The translations under genes and the position numbers were made by a program. A model generated the notes under the pieces. That model had not been told where the DNA came from, ran no database searches, and worked only from the letters and a program-made list of their open reading frames with translations. From an uncultured Azospirillum sp. (lineage in GTDB: Bacteria > Pseudomonadota > Alphaproteobacteria > RF32 > CAG-239), in NCBI GenBank assembly GCA_964463185.1, contig CAYXBH010000002.1, forward strand, positions 1 to 29,872: a DNA stretch of 29,872 bases. Direction: 5' to 3'. Shown one piece after another: positions 19,118 through 28,296 of this stretch (within the stretch, counting starts at the first letter, position 1; each line of letters begins with the position of its first letter).

Positions 19118-19729
19118 ATGTCAAAAATATTTAAGCTTTTTATGATTCTCGCACTTGTTTCCGCCTGCTCACCAAAAGAAAAAAACGATGAACTGACCAT
19201 TGTCGGGGCAGACGGCAACCAGACAACGTATAAAGTTGAACTTGCCCAGACAAGGGAAGAACTAACAACCGGACTGATGAACCGAAACAGCCTTGACAAA
19301 AACGCCGGCATGATTTTTGACCTATCCGATTTCAATAATGTTCCGACCACCATGTGGATGAAAGATACCAAAATCGGCCTAGATATGATTTTCATCGATC
19401 ATGACGGCATGATCTACTGGATTTACGAAAACGCCGAACCCGATTCCATTAAAATGATCGTTGCCCCCTACCCGGCAGCCGCCGTTTTAGAAGTTAACGC
19501 CGGCGATGTCAAAGCCAACGGCATCCAAATCGGCGACATGGTAGAATATAAACTTTTCCCGATGGAAAAACCGGAAGTCTCAGCCATAACCGAAGAACAA
19601 GAAGAAGTTTCCGCACAAGAAAATGACAATGCAGCAGAAACTACGGAAGACAAAACCGCGATTGTCGAAAACCAAAAAGAACCCGTTGAAGAAGTGGAAA
19701 AAACAGCCCCGGTCGCAGACGGCAAATAA
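19118..19729 (+). CDS. DUF192 family lipoprotein with acidic C-terminal tail
   Basis: Lipobox VSA-C; ELA.T..E...GLMNR..L...AGMIF, MWMKDT...LDMIFID and VLEVNAG..IGD.V motifs; GGAGG RBS. Confidence 0.9.
   Translation: MSKIFKLFMILALVSACSPKEKNDELTIVGADGNQTTYKVELAQTREELTTGLMNRNSLDKNAGMIFDLSDFNNVPTTMWMKDTKIGLDMIFIDHDGMIYWIYENAEPDSIKMIVAPYPAAAVLEVNAGDVKANGIQIGDMVEYKLFPMEKPEVSAITEEQEEVSAQENDNAAETTEDKTAIVENQKEPVEEVEKTAPVADGK
19466..19473 (-). other. KOPS motif (GGGTAGGG on minus) pointing towards dif
   Basis: CCCTACCC on the + strand; here it opposes the coding strand of the + gene. Confidence 0.5.
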
Positions 19730-19747
19730 ATAAAACGGATTTTTGTT

Positions 19748-19782
19748 TCCCCGGAAAGTTCCGCACTCTCCGGGGATTTTTT
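19748..19782 (+). terminator. Rho-independent terminator after the DUF192 gene
   Basis: TCCCCGGA / TCCGGGGA 8-bp stem, 13-nt loop, then T6. Confidence 0.7.
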
Positions 19783-19788
19783 ATGTTT

Positions 19789-22700
19789 TTACAATTTATT
19801 GATACGGGCGACATAATCGCGGATTGTTTCCAGCCGCACGACATAGCTCTCCATCTCCCGGCTGACCAACAGTTTTTGATCCGGGCGCAACTTCATAGTA
19901 CCGAACGAACGGAGAGCCATATCCACCAGTTTTTCCGGCGCATGGAAAATATTGTTGTGAAAAGTAATCAGAAATCCCTTTGCCCCTGCATCTATTTTTT
20001 CAATATTAGTCTTTTTACATAACAGGCGGATTTCTACCGTTTTCAACAGATTTTCCACTTCTGGCGGAATGGCGCCGAAACGATCGGCCAGTTCTTCGCG
20101 CATATCAAGCAGAGCTTCCGGCTTTTCCAAACTGCCGATACGTTTATAAAGCCCTAGGCGCACCCCAAGGTCGCGGACATAGCTTTCCGGGATAATGATC
20201 GGCACACCGGTAACAATCTGCGGGCTCCAGTCGGCGAGTGTTTTTTCTTCTCCACCGGCCGCACCAGCCTTAATGCGGGCAATTTCTTCTTCCAGCATAT
20301 GGTGATAAAGGGCAATCCCCACTTCTTTGATATGGCCGGACTGTTCCTCACCGAGGATATTGCCGGAACCGCGGATATCCATATCATGACTGGCAAGCGA
20401 AAAGCCCGCCCCCAGGCCGTCCAAGGCTTGCAAAATGCTCAGCCTTCTTTCTGCCACAGGTTTCAGATTTTTCTGCGCAGGCACCGTAAAATAGCAGTAG
20501 CCGCGCACTTTCGAGCGTCCAATACGCCCTCTCAGCTGGTAGAGCTGCGCCAGCCCGAACATATCCGCCCGGTAGACAATCATAGTGTTGACCGTCGGCA
20601 TGTCAATGCCCGATTCGATAATGGTGGTTGAAAGCAGAATATCACCTTTGCGGTCAGCAAATTCGTTCATCACTTCTTCCAGTTGTTTAACCGGCATCTG
20701 CCCATGGGCAACAACAATTTTGGCATCCGGCACCAGTTCCTGCAAAACATCGTGCACCCGGGCCAGATCAGATACCCGCGGACAAACGACAAAAGTCTGT
20801 CCACCACGGTATTTTTCGCGATAAATGGCCTCTTTAATCATCACACCGTCAAATGGCATAACAAAAGTACGCGCAGCTAGCCTGTCGACCGGTGGCGTGG
20901 CAATAATCGACAATTGCTTGACACCAGTCAGCGACATTTGCAAAGTCCGCGGGATGGGTGTGGCAGTTAGGGTCAATACATGGACGTCAGCTTTCAGCCC
21001 TTTCAGTTTCTCCTTATGGGTAACGCCAAAATGCTGCTCTTCGTCAATAATCAGCAGACCGAGATTGCTGAACTCAATATTATTTGCCAACAGCGCATGG
21101 GTACCAATGACAATGTCAACCGAACCGTTTTTCAGCCCGTCTTTGATTTTTTTGGCGGCAGCCGGTGTCTGCAAACGCGACAACATAGCAACATTGATCG
21201 GAAAACCGGCCATCCGCTGGCAAAAGGTATAATAATGTTGCCGTGCCAAAAGTGTCGTCGGCACGATCAGCGCCACCTGTGCGCCCGATACCGCCACCGA
21301 AAACGCCGCCCTGAGAGCCACTTCCGTCTTGCCGAAACCAACATCACCGCACACCAACCTGTCCATCGGCGTACCGGCGGCCAAATCACTCAGAACATCA
21401 CCGATGGCGTTCAACTGATCATCGGTTTCATTATAAGGAAAACCGGCGCAAAATTCATCATAAAGCCCATCCGGAGGAACAAAACTTTCCGCTTTTTTCA
21501 GCTGGCGTTGGGCTGCAATTGCGATCAGTTTTTCGGCAATTTCGTGTATCCGTTTTTTGACTTTGGCCTTTTTAGCCTCCCAGGCTCCGCCACCCAAAGT
21601 ATCAAGCCGGATATTTTCATCCTCAATGCCGTAGCGGGAAACCGTTTCGATATTTTCCACCGGTACAAAAAGCTTGTCGTCGCCAGCATAGATAATTTTC
21701 AGGCAGTCGTGCGGTGCGCCGCCGGCAGTAATGGTTTCCAGCCCCATAAAACGACCAATGCCGTGCTCAATATGAACAACCAGCTCACCAACGTTTAAGG
21801 CAGACAAATCAGCAATAAAATCTTTGGAAGTAACTTTTTTACCCGCCCGCCGGTGCTGCCGGTTACCGAGAATATCCTGCTCAGCAACCAGACACACCCC
21901 TTCCCCGCGGAATCCCCGTGGCAATGGCAGCAAAAGTAGCGGCACTTTATGTGCGCCGGCTTTGTCAACGGCTTCCTGCCAGTCAGCCGCAAAAACAAAC
22001 TCCATTTTAGCGTAGTCACTGTCTCTTTTGGCATCATTTATCAGCGAAAACAACCGCTCGCGCGAACCTTCAGTATAGCAGCATATAATCCGCTTTAGTT
22101 TTCCGTATTCGTTCAAATAGGCCAGCAGATCAAGATAAACCTGCACCCCGTTGATGCTTTTGGCGGCGGAAAAATCACGCCCGGGAAGCACGCCAGTATC
22201 TTTGTTGCCGTTGCCATCTGGCAGATTCATGCTGCTTAAAACCAAAGCCTGCCGGCGCGCAGTCAGAGCCGTAAATTCTTTTTCGCCTAGAAACATCAGT
22301 TCCGGCGGCACCGGACGGTATATGTCAACCTCGCCATCATTTTTTACTTTCAGTGCCTCAAGCCGCGCCGCATAGTAATCAGCAATACTTTCGCATTTGG
22401 CAGCCAAAGCGGCATCAACATTGCGCCCAATAACAATTTTTGCCCGCGGCAAATAGTCAAACAGGCTCGGCAGCGGTTCTTCGTAAAAAAACGGCAACCA
22501 GTTTTCCATCCCCATGTATTTGCGCCCGTTGGAAACTGCCTCATAAATTTCATCTTCCTTAAAAGCGGTACCAAACGCCTCGCGATAGCGTCCACGAAAA
22601 GTTTTAACCGTGTTTTCGTCCAAAACCACCTCGCCTGCTGCCTGAAAAAGATAACTTTTCTTTTCGCCGATGGTACGCTGGCTCAATACATCAAAGGTAC

Positions 22701-23271
22701 GAATTTTTTCTACATCGTCACCAAACAGATCTATACGCAAGGGGGCTTCTGCCCCGGTCGGAAAAATATCCAGAATATCCCCCCGCACCGCATATTCACC
22801 CGGCTCCATCACCTGCTCCACCCGAGTATAGCCGTTGATCGTAGCATAATGCAGAAAATCATTAAAATTCAATATTTCGCCAACCTTAACTTCTTTCATC
22901 GCATTAAGAAAAACCTTTTTCGGTGGCAGTTTTTGCAAAACGGAACCGATACTGGCAACGATAATCCGCGGATATTTTCCCTCCGGCGTAAAAGCCAGCC
23001 GGCCGAGCGCATCAGTTCGTTTTGAAACAATGGCAGCATTCGGGGAAACACGGTCGTAAGGCACCGTATCCCAGGCCGGAAAACGCAAAATCTCTGCCGT
23101 TGGCAGCAGAGCTTGCAGGATATCGGCATTTTGCTCCAGAGCAACACCGTCACTGGCAATGTAGAGAATATCTCTTCTGCTTTCCCGCCACACACCTGCA
23201 ACAGCAAAAGGCTCATAGCCTTCGCTGACCGAAGACAGGGAAACAAGCTCTGTTTTGTCTGTTTCTTCCAT
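19789..23271 (-). CDS. mfd: Transcription-repair coupling factor
   Basis: 1160 aa; UvrB-like N-terminus (FPAWD..PYDRVSP, RGDILDIFP), RID (VVH.EHGIGRF), CGDVGFGKT, DEEQHFG, TATPIPRTL, QLRGRIGR and TRG motif D..IRG.GNILGEEQSG. Confidence 0.99.
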   Translation of the reverse strand: MEETDKTELVSLSSVSEGYEPFAVAGVWRESRRDILYIASDGVALEQNADILQALLPTAEILRFPAWDTVPYDRVSPNAAIVSKRTDALGRLAFTPEGKYPRIIVASIGSVLQKLPPKKVFLNAMKEVKVGEILNFNDFLHYATINGYTRVEQVMEPGEYAVRGDILDIFPTGAEAPLRIDLFGDDVEKIRTFDVLSQRTIGEKKSYLFQAAGEVVLDENTVKTFRGRYREAFGTAFKEDEIYEAVSNGRKYMGMENWLPFFYEEPLPSLFDYLPRAKIVIGRNVDAALAAKCESIADYYAARLEALKVKNDGEVDIYRPVPPELMFLGEKEFTALTARRQALVLSSMNLPDGNGNKDTGVLPGRDFSAAKSINGVQVYLDLLAYLNEYGKLKRIICCYTEGSRERLFSLINDAKRDSDYAKMEFVFAADWQEAVDKAGAHKVPLLLLPLPRGFRGEGVCLVAEQDILGNRQHRRAGKKVTSKDFIADLSALNVGELVVHIEHGIGRFMGLETITAGGAPHDCLKIIYAGDDKLFVPVENIETVSRYGIEDENIRLDTLGGGAWEAKKAKVKKRIHEIAEKLIAIAAQRQLKKAESFVPPDGLYDEFCAGFPYNETDDQLNAIGDVLSDLAAGTPMDRLVCGDVGFGKTEVALRAAFSVAVSGAQVALIVPTTLLARQHYYTFCQRMAGFPINVAMLSRLQTPAAAKKIKDGLKNGSVDIVIGTHALLANNIEFSNLGLLIIDEEQHFGVTHKEKLKGLKADVHVLTLTATPIPRTLQMSLTGVKQLSIIATPPVDRLAARTFVMPFDGVMIKEAIYREKYRGGQTFVVCPRVSDLARVHDVLQELVPDAKIVVAHGQMPVKQLEEVMNEFADRKGDILLSTTIIESGIDMPTVNTMIVYRADMFGLAQLYQLRGRIGRSKVRGYCYFTVPAQKNLKPVAERRLSILQALDGLGAGFSLASHDMDIRGSGNILGEEQSGHIKEVGIALYHHMLEEEIARIKAGAAGGEEKTLADWSPQIVTGVPIIIPESYVRDLGVRLGLYKRIGSLEKPEALLDMREELADRFGAIPPEVENLLKTVEIRLLCKKTNIEKIDAGAKGFLITFHNNIFHAPEKLVDMALRSFGTMKLRPDQKLLVSREMESYVVRLETIRDYVARINKL
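21898..21905 (-). other. KOPS motif (GGGAAGGG on minus) pointing towards dif
   Basis: CCCTTCCC on the + strand. Confidence 0.5.
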
Positions 23272-23355
23272 AATTGGTATCTTCCCGGTTTACATCTTCC
23301 CCAAAAATATATACAATCACAGCCAATAGCAACCTTTTTTTAAGGGATATAAACT

Positions 23356-25440
23356 ATGCGGCCGTCCTTTTTATACCCATTGTTTGCCTCGCCCTCATCC
23401 ATCCGCGGCGTTGGTGAAAAATATGTGCGGCTGCTGCAAAATTTAGGTATTGTCAAAATTGCCGATCTGCTCTGGCACCTGCCTTATGCCGTCAATGACC
23501 GGCGGCGGATTCCGGTCATATCACAGATGAAAAACGGAGAAATCAACACCATAAAAATCCGTGTGCTTGAGCATATTGCACCCAAAAGCCGCAAACAGCC
23601 CTATCAGGTATGGTGCGAAGACGATGCCGGCAACAGTCTTGCTCTGGTTTTCTTCAAGGCCTATCCGGAATCCATTGCCAAAAACCTGCCGCTTGGAGAA
23701 GAGCGGATTGTCAGCGGGCGGACGGAGCTTTTCAACGGCCACTGGCAGATGAGTCATCCCGATTATATCGTTGCACCCGAAAATACCTGGCAGATACCAG
23801 AAATCGAGCCAGTTTACGGCCTGACTGCCGGCATTACAAACAAATTCCTCTGCCGTCTGCTCCATCATGCACTGGCTTCCATACCACCAATGCCCGAATG
23901 GCTAGAACCTCATTATCAAAAATCACACGCCCTGCCATCTTTTACCGAGGCTCTGCAACAGGTACATCATCCGCGGGGAGCGGGTGACCTTGCAGCTCTT
24001 TCCCCTGCCCGCATGCGTCTGGCCTATGACGAACTCCTGGCCAATCAGCTAGCACTCGCTCTGGTACGGGAAAACCTCAAAAAACAAAACGGACGGAAAA
24101 TTGCCGGCAACGGACACTTGCGGCAAAAAATTCTGGCGCAACTGCCTTTCCGCTTGACGGAAGCACAGGAGCGGGTTTTGGCGGAAATTTATACCGATCA
24201 GGCGGCACCTGTCCGCATGCTGCGGCTACTGCAGGGTGATGTCGGCAGCGGCAAAACCATCGTCGCCTTACTTTCCATGCTCAACGCCGTTGAATGTGGC
24301 GCACAGGCAGCAATTATGGCACCAACGGAAATTCTGGCCAGGCAACACTATGACACCATTGCCCCACTGGCGGAAAATATCGGGATAAAAACAGCACTTT
24401 TAACCGGCAAAATCAAGGGGAAAGCAAGAAAAAAGCTGCTGGAAGAATTGCAAAACGGCACAATCAACATTCTCATCGGCACCCACGCCCTGTTTGTCGA
24501 AGACGTGGCTTTTGCCGACCTGGCCTGTGTCGTTATTGACGAGCAGCACCGCTTCGGCGTCCATCAGCGGCTGGGGCTTTCCGACAAAGGAAACCGCGCC
24601 GATATCCTGGTCATGACTGCCACGCCCATTCCGCGGACGTTGGTACTAACCGCTTTCGGCGATATGGAATATTCCAAAATCGACCGCCTGCCCGAAGGAC
24701 GTAAACCGGTGGACACGCGGGTTATGCCGCTTTCAAAAATCAAAGAGATTATCCCCGCCGTCAAACGCAAAATTGAGAACGGCGAGCGGATCTACTGGGT
24801 CTGCCCGCTGGTAGAAGAGTCGGAAAAAACGGACCTGGCTGCCGCCGAGAACAGGTTTGAAATCTTAAGCGAAAGTTTTGACCACGATGTCGGGCTGGTA
24901 CACGGCAAAATGAAAGAAAAGGAAAAAGACGAGATCATGGAGCGCTTTAAAGCCGGAGAAACCAAGCTGTTGGTTGCCACCACCGTGATTGAAGTCGGCG
25001 TCAACGTGCCAGAAGCAACGGTAATGATCGTTGAACACGCCGAACGTTTCGGGCTTGCCCAGCTGCACCAGTTGCGCGGACGCGTCAAACGCGGTACCAA
25101 ACCAGCCACCTGCCTGCTGCTGTACGGCTCCCCGTTGAGCGAAACCGCCCGTACTCGGCTTAACATCATGCGCGAAACTGAAGATGGTTTTGTCATTGCC
25201 GAAGAAGACTTAAAGCTCCGCGGTGGCGGAGAAATCCTCGGCACCCGTCAAAGTGGCAGCGAGCACTTCCGCTTGGCACAAATGCCCGAACATCAAGATT
25301 TGCTTTTTACTGCCAACAAAGACGCACGTATGATTGTCGCCGCTGACCCGCTGCTTTCCTCACCCCGCGGACAAGTTTTAAAAACCCTGCTCTACCTTTT
25401 TGAGCGCGACGACGCCGTCAGAACTTATCTGGCCGGCTGA
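23356..25440 (+). CDS. recG: ATP-dependent DNA helicase RecG
   Basis: 694 aa; wedge domain, QGDVGSGKT, DEQHRFG, TATPIPRTL, ATTVIEVGV and GFVIAEEDL.LRG.GE.LG.RQSG motifs. Confidence 0.98.
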   Translation: MRPSFLYPLFASPSSIRGVGEKYVRLLQNLGIVKIADLLWHLPYAVNDRRRIPVISQMKNGEINTIKIRVLEHIAPKSRKQPYQVWCEDDAGNSLALVFFKAYPESIAKNLPLGEERIVSGRTELFNGHWQMSHPDYIVAPENTWQIPEIEPVYGLTAGITNKFLCRLLHHALASIPPMPEWLEPHYQKSHALPSFTEALQQVHHPRGAGDLAALSPARMRLAYDELLANQLALALVRENLKKQNGRKIAGNGHLRQKILAQLPFRLTEAQERVLAEIYTDQAAPVRMLRLLQGDVGSGKTIVALLSMLNAVECGAQAAIMAPTEILARQHYDTIAPLAENIGIKTALLTGKIKGKARKKLLEELQNGTINILIGTHALFVEDVAFADLACVVIDEQHRFGVHQRLGLSDKGNRADILVMTATPIPRTLVLTAFGDMEYSKIDRLPEGRKPVDTRVMPLSKIKEIIPAVKRKIENGERIYWVCPLVEESEKTDLAAAENRFEILSESFDHDVGLVHGKMKEKEKDEIMERFKAGETKLLVATTVIEVGVNVPEATVMIVEHAERFGLAQLHQLRGRVKRGTKPATCLLLYGSPLSETARTRLNIMRETEDGFVIAEEDLKLRGGGEILGTRQSGSEHFRLAQMPEHQDLLFTANKDARMIVAADPLLSSPRGQVLKTLLYLFERDDAVRTYLAG
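24003..24010 (-). other. KOPS motif (GGGCAGGG on minus) pointing towards dif
   Basis: CCCTGCCC on the + strand; opposes the coding strand of recG. Confidence 0.5.
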
Positions 25441-25889
25441 CGGAAAGACACGTATTTGTGCATCAGATAAATAAAAACGGTAATGCATATTGTATAAATT
25501 CCTTGTGCCAACAGCTCGTCCATGGCAAAAACATCAACCAGTAGATACATAACGAGATAATTGAGCAGCATGGTCGAAAGATAAACACCCCAGGCTTTGG
25601 CATATTCCTTTTTCAAACTTCCCTTCGAGCGAAAGACATAATAGCGCATGGTAAAAATCGATACGTTGGTCGAAATGACATAGCCGATAGCTATGGCTGC
25701 CCGATAATCAATTTCCACTCCAGCCACCATCAGCACAAACAGTCCGTAGGAAAAAACGGTATTAAAACCGCCAACCAGCAAAAAACGCAGTTTTTGCGAC
25801 CAGGTAAACCAAAAATTTTCAATTTTCCGATACAATCTGATTATCATTTGCAGACTCGATATAATAAATTTTATAAACTCTGTTTTCAT
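25425..25889 (-). CDS. GtrA family protein (bactoprenol-linked sugar translocase-like)
   Basis: LRFLLVGGFNTVFSY, about four hydrophobic segments, RYYVFRS, C-terminal HKYVSF; start uncertain (25889 or 25847). Confidence 0.88.
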   Translation of the reverse strand: MKTEFIKFIISSLQMIIRLYRKIENFWFTWSQKLRFLLVGGFNTVFSYGLFVLMVAGVEIDYRAAIAIGYVISTNVSIFTMRYYVFRSKGSLKKEYAKAWGVYLSTMLLNYLVMYLLVDVFAMDELLAQGIYTICITVFIYLMHKYVSFRQPAR

Positions 25890-27466
25890 AAACAGAAGGC
25901 AGATCTTTTACATTCCCTGGCTCGCCGACATCTTTGCGGACGATAACATAATCTCCCTCCTGCGGCAGCCGGTGACTGACTTTACAATAGTTTCCATTAC
26001 TTAAAAACCGTTTTCTTGTCGCCGAAAGCTCCATATCGGTTATAAACAGAGCATCGCTGCCCATATATTTTAAGGCAGAAGCAAAGCATTGCAACTTCCA
26101 CAAATCACCAGCTGTCCGCTCCGGCATATAAAAAGCCGTTTTATCGTCTTCTGTGGACATGATAAATTCCGCCAATTCTCTGCGTTCCGCCCCCTCTTCT
26201 TTCTGCCGTGTGCTCCAATTGACGGCTACCGCCCACAGGACGACAGGGATAAAAATCAACATTAAAATTCCAGATCGCCGAACATTTGCAAAAATATACA
26301 TCGTACAAAAGACAGTCGGCAGATACATATACCAAGTTTTATATTGATCCGGGAAACAGGCTATCTGCAGCTTAAAAACCACTGTCAAGGCAATGATACC
26401 CCCCCACCAGCAGTCCCTCCTCCACCAAAGCAGTTCCACGGAAAAATGCTGTTTTTACTTTCCATGTGCAAACAACAAATGCCGTTACTAAGAGGATCAG
26501 TTCCAGAGCGTTTATCCGCAGCAAAGCCGAAATATTCATGTAGTGATGACGAAGATAAGCGCCGTCTACAAACAGATTGCTTTGCAGAAAATATCCCGCC
26601 GCAAACAGAAGCATACTCCACAACAGCACATATTCCACCGGCATTCGTCGTATCGTACGGACAGGACACACAAAAGAGCGCGGCGTCAAACAACCGGTGA
26701 CGGTATTTTTTATCAGCAGATATATCAAAATACCGAGATACAGCAAAATATTCGTTTCTTTTGTATAGATGGCCATATTAGCCCAAAAGGCGAAAAAAAA
26801 CAGACTAACAAAACTTTTTCCGCTATCATATTTTTTCAGAGACATCAAACTGAGTAGAATAAAAATCAACGTATTTTGCTCAGAATAGACAATACTGTTA
26901 ACCCAGAATACGGCTGGCAAAAAGTTGACGATAGCCAACATTAACAGTCAGCGGGCAACAGGAATAAAGTCAAAAAAACAATAAAGCAGCCATAAACAAA
27001 GCATCTGCTTTAAAATATTCCAACAAGCAACGATCAGGTAGTTGTGACTAATACCGTAAATAATGTTGTGATCAATACCGGCTGTCGGATTAAAACGTAA
27101 GGAATCGAAAATGGGCATCTGTCCGCGCCGCATGTCTCCAATATTGTGCGTCTGCATCTGGTCATAATTTCCAAAAATCGTCAGATCAAGAGACAGTATA
27201 TTACCCACATACAGCCCGAACGATAAAAGCAGCAGCCCACAGCAGAATCTGTCCGAAAATTTTCCACCATCAAAACAGAAGTGGGGCTGAGTCTTCGAAA
27301 AATACCCTTCATTCTTAAAAAAACACCCGGCAAACAGAGCATTAACAAACAAAACGGCCGTTACTACCATAGCATAGGCAAAAAAATTACCATATCCGAA
27401 ATAGAACATAAAATTATTCCAGATATGTTCCAAAATATTGCTGCGAAAATACGGTGGAGAAAACAT
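25819..27466 (-). pseudogene. Disrupted multi-pass membrane protein, GT-C/GtrC-like (three ORF pieces of one ~550-codon gene)
   Basis: Piece 26948-27466 ends in TGA (26948-26950) in frame with piece 26372-26941, which shifts into piece 25819-26439 at a G7 run; the joined product aligns with the paralog at 28297-29244; GT-C call inferred from topology, a TKET motif and gtrA context. Confidence 0.7.
26399..26405 (-). repeat. G7 homopolymer (C7 on +) at the frameshift
   Basis: CTG GT[G7]T ATC; G6 restores EGLLVGGIIALTVVFKLQ, matching the paralog's EGVLVGCLLLTAVVVFKLQ. Confidence 0.85.
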
Positions 27467-27468
27467 GG

Positions 27469-28278
27469 CTACTTCCTATGCAGAATATCCAAACGCAATT
27501 TTTTTAAGATGATCAGCCAATAAGGATACGGACGATAGTTACCAATCTTCAGAAACCGGTAGATATCTTCCTTAACTCTCGCATCAGCCGCCTTCATCAT
27601 CTGTTTTTTTTGCAGGGAAAAATTATTACCGTGCAGATGATACAAAAACAACACTTCAGGCAGATTGCATATTTGCAAACCATTTGCCAGCACCTGCCGT
27701 AACAAGTCATAATCTTCCGCCGGTGTATATTGTGGATTATAGCGGATGTTGTGCTTAACAAAATCGGCCTTTCTTATCATCATAGACGAGTGCATACAGG
27801 TGTTTCCGCGCAATGTTTCTTCCATAGTGACATTTTCGGGCTGACACCATATCCAACCCATATTGACGACAGCCTTTTTTATCCATGTAACAAAATTTTC
27901 CGCCGGTAAGGCATTAAACAATTTTCCCCAGCTACCTACAATGGTTACATCCGGATGCTCATCAAGAAAAGCAATCTCTTTGGCAAAACGTTCGGGCAAA
28001 GAAATATCATCATTGTCCATAACGGCCAGATATTCTCCTTTTGCCAAATCCATCAGCTTGTTTCTGCTTGCCGATATACCAAGGTTTGTTTCGTTCTTAT
28101 AATAACGAATGCGTGGATCGGAAAAATTTTGCACAATCCATTCGGAATTATCCGTTGAGGCATCGTTTAACAATACCAATTCAAAATCCCGATATGTTTG
28201 CTGCAATACACTGTTGATGCTTGCTTCTAAAAACGGCGCCGCATTGTATACGGGTATGAGTACGGAAACTTTCGGCAT
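27469..28278 (-). CDS. Family 2 (GT-A) glycosyltransferase, soluble
   Basis: VSVLIPVYN, FEL.LLNDASTD, N.G.SASRN, GEYLAVMDNDD (DxD) and AEDYDL motifs; no obvious C-terminal TM pair. Confidence 0.93.
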   Translation of the reverse strand: MPKVSVLIPVYNAAPFLEASINSVLQQTYRDFELVLLNDASTDNSEWIVQNFSDPRIRYYKNETNLGISASRNKLMDLAKGEYLAVMDNDDISLPERFAKEIAFLDEHPDVTIVGSWGKLFNALPAENFVTWIKKAVVNMGWIWCQPENVTMEETLRGNTCMHSSMMIRKADFVKHNIRYNPQYTPAEDYDLLRQVLANGLQICNLPEVLFLYHLHGNNFSLQKKQMMKAADARVKEDIYRFLKIGNYRPYPYWLIILKKLRLDILHRK

Positions 28279-28296
28279 GGTGTTTTTCCTTATGTT

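Noticed and set aside
26948-26950. TGA recoding (Trp or Sec) to explain the in-frame stop
   Set aside because: pagP, yejE, recJ and recG all end at TGA at their expected C-termini, so code 11 applies; no SECIS-like context seen
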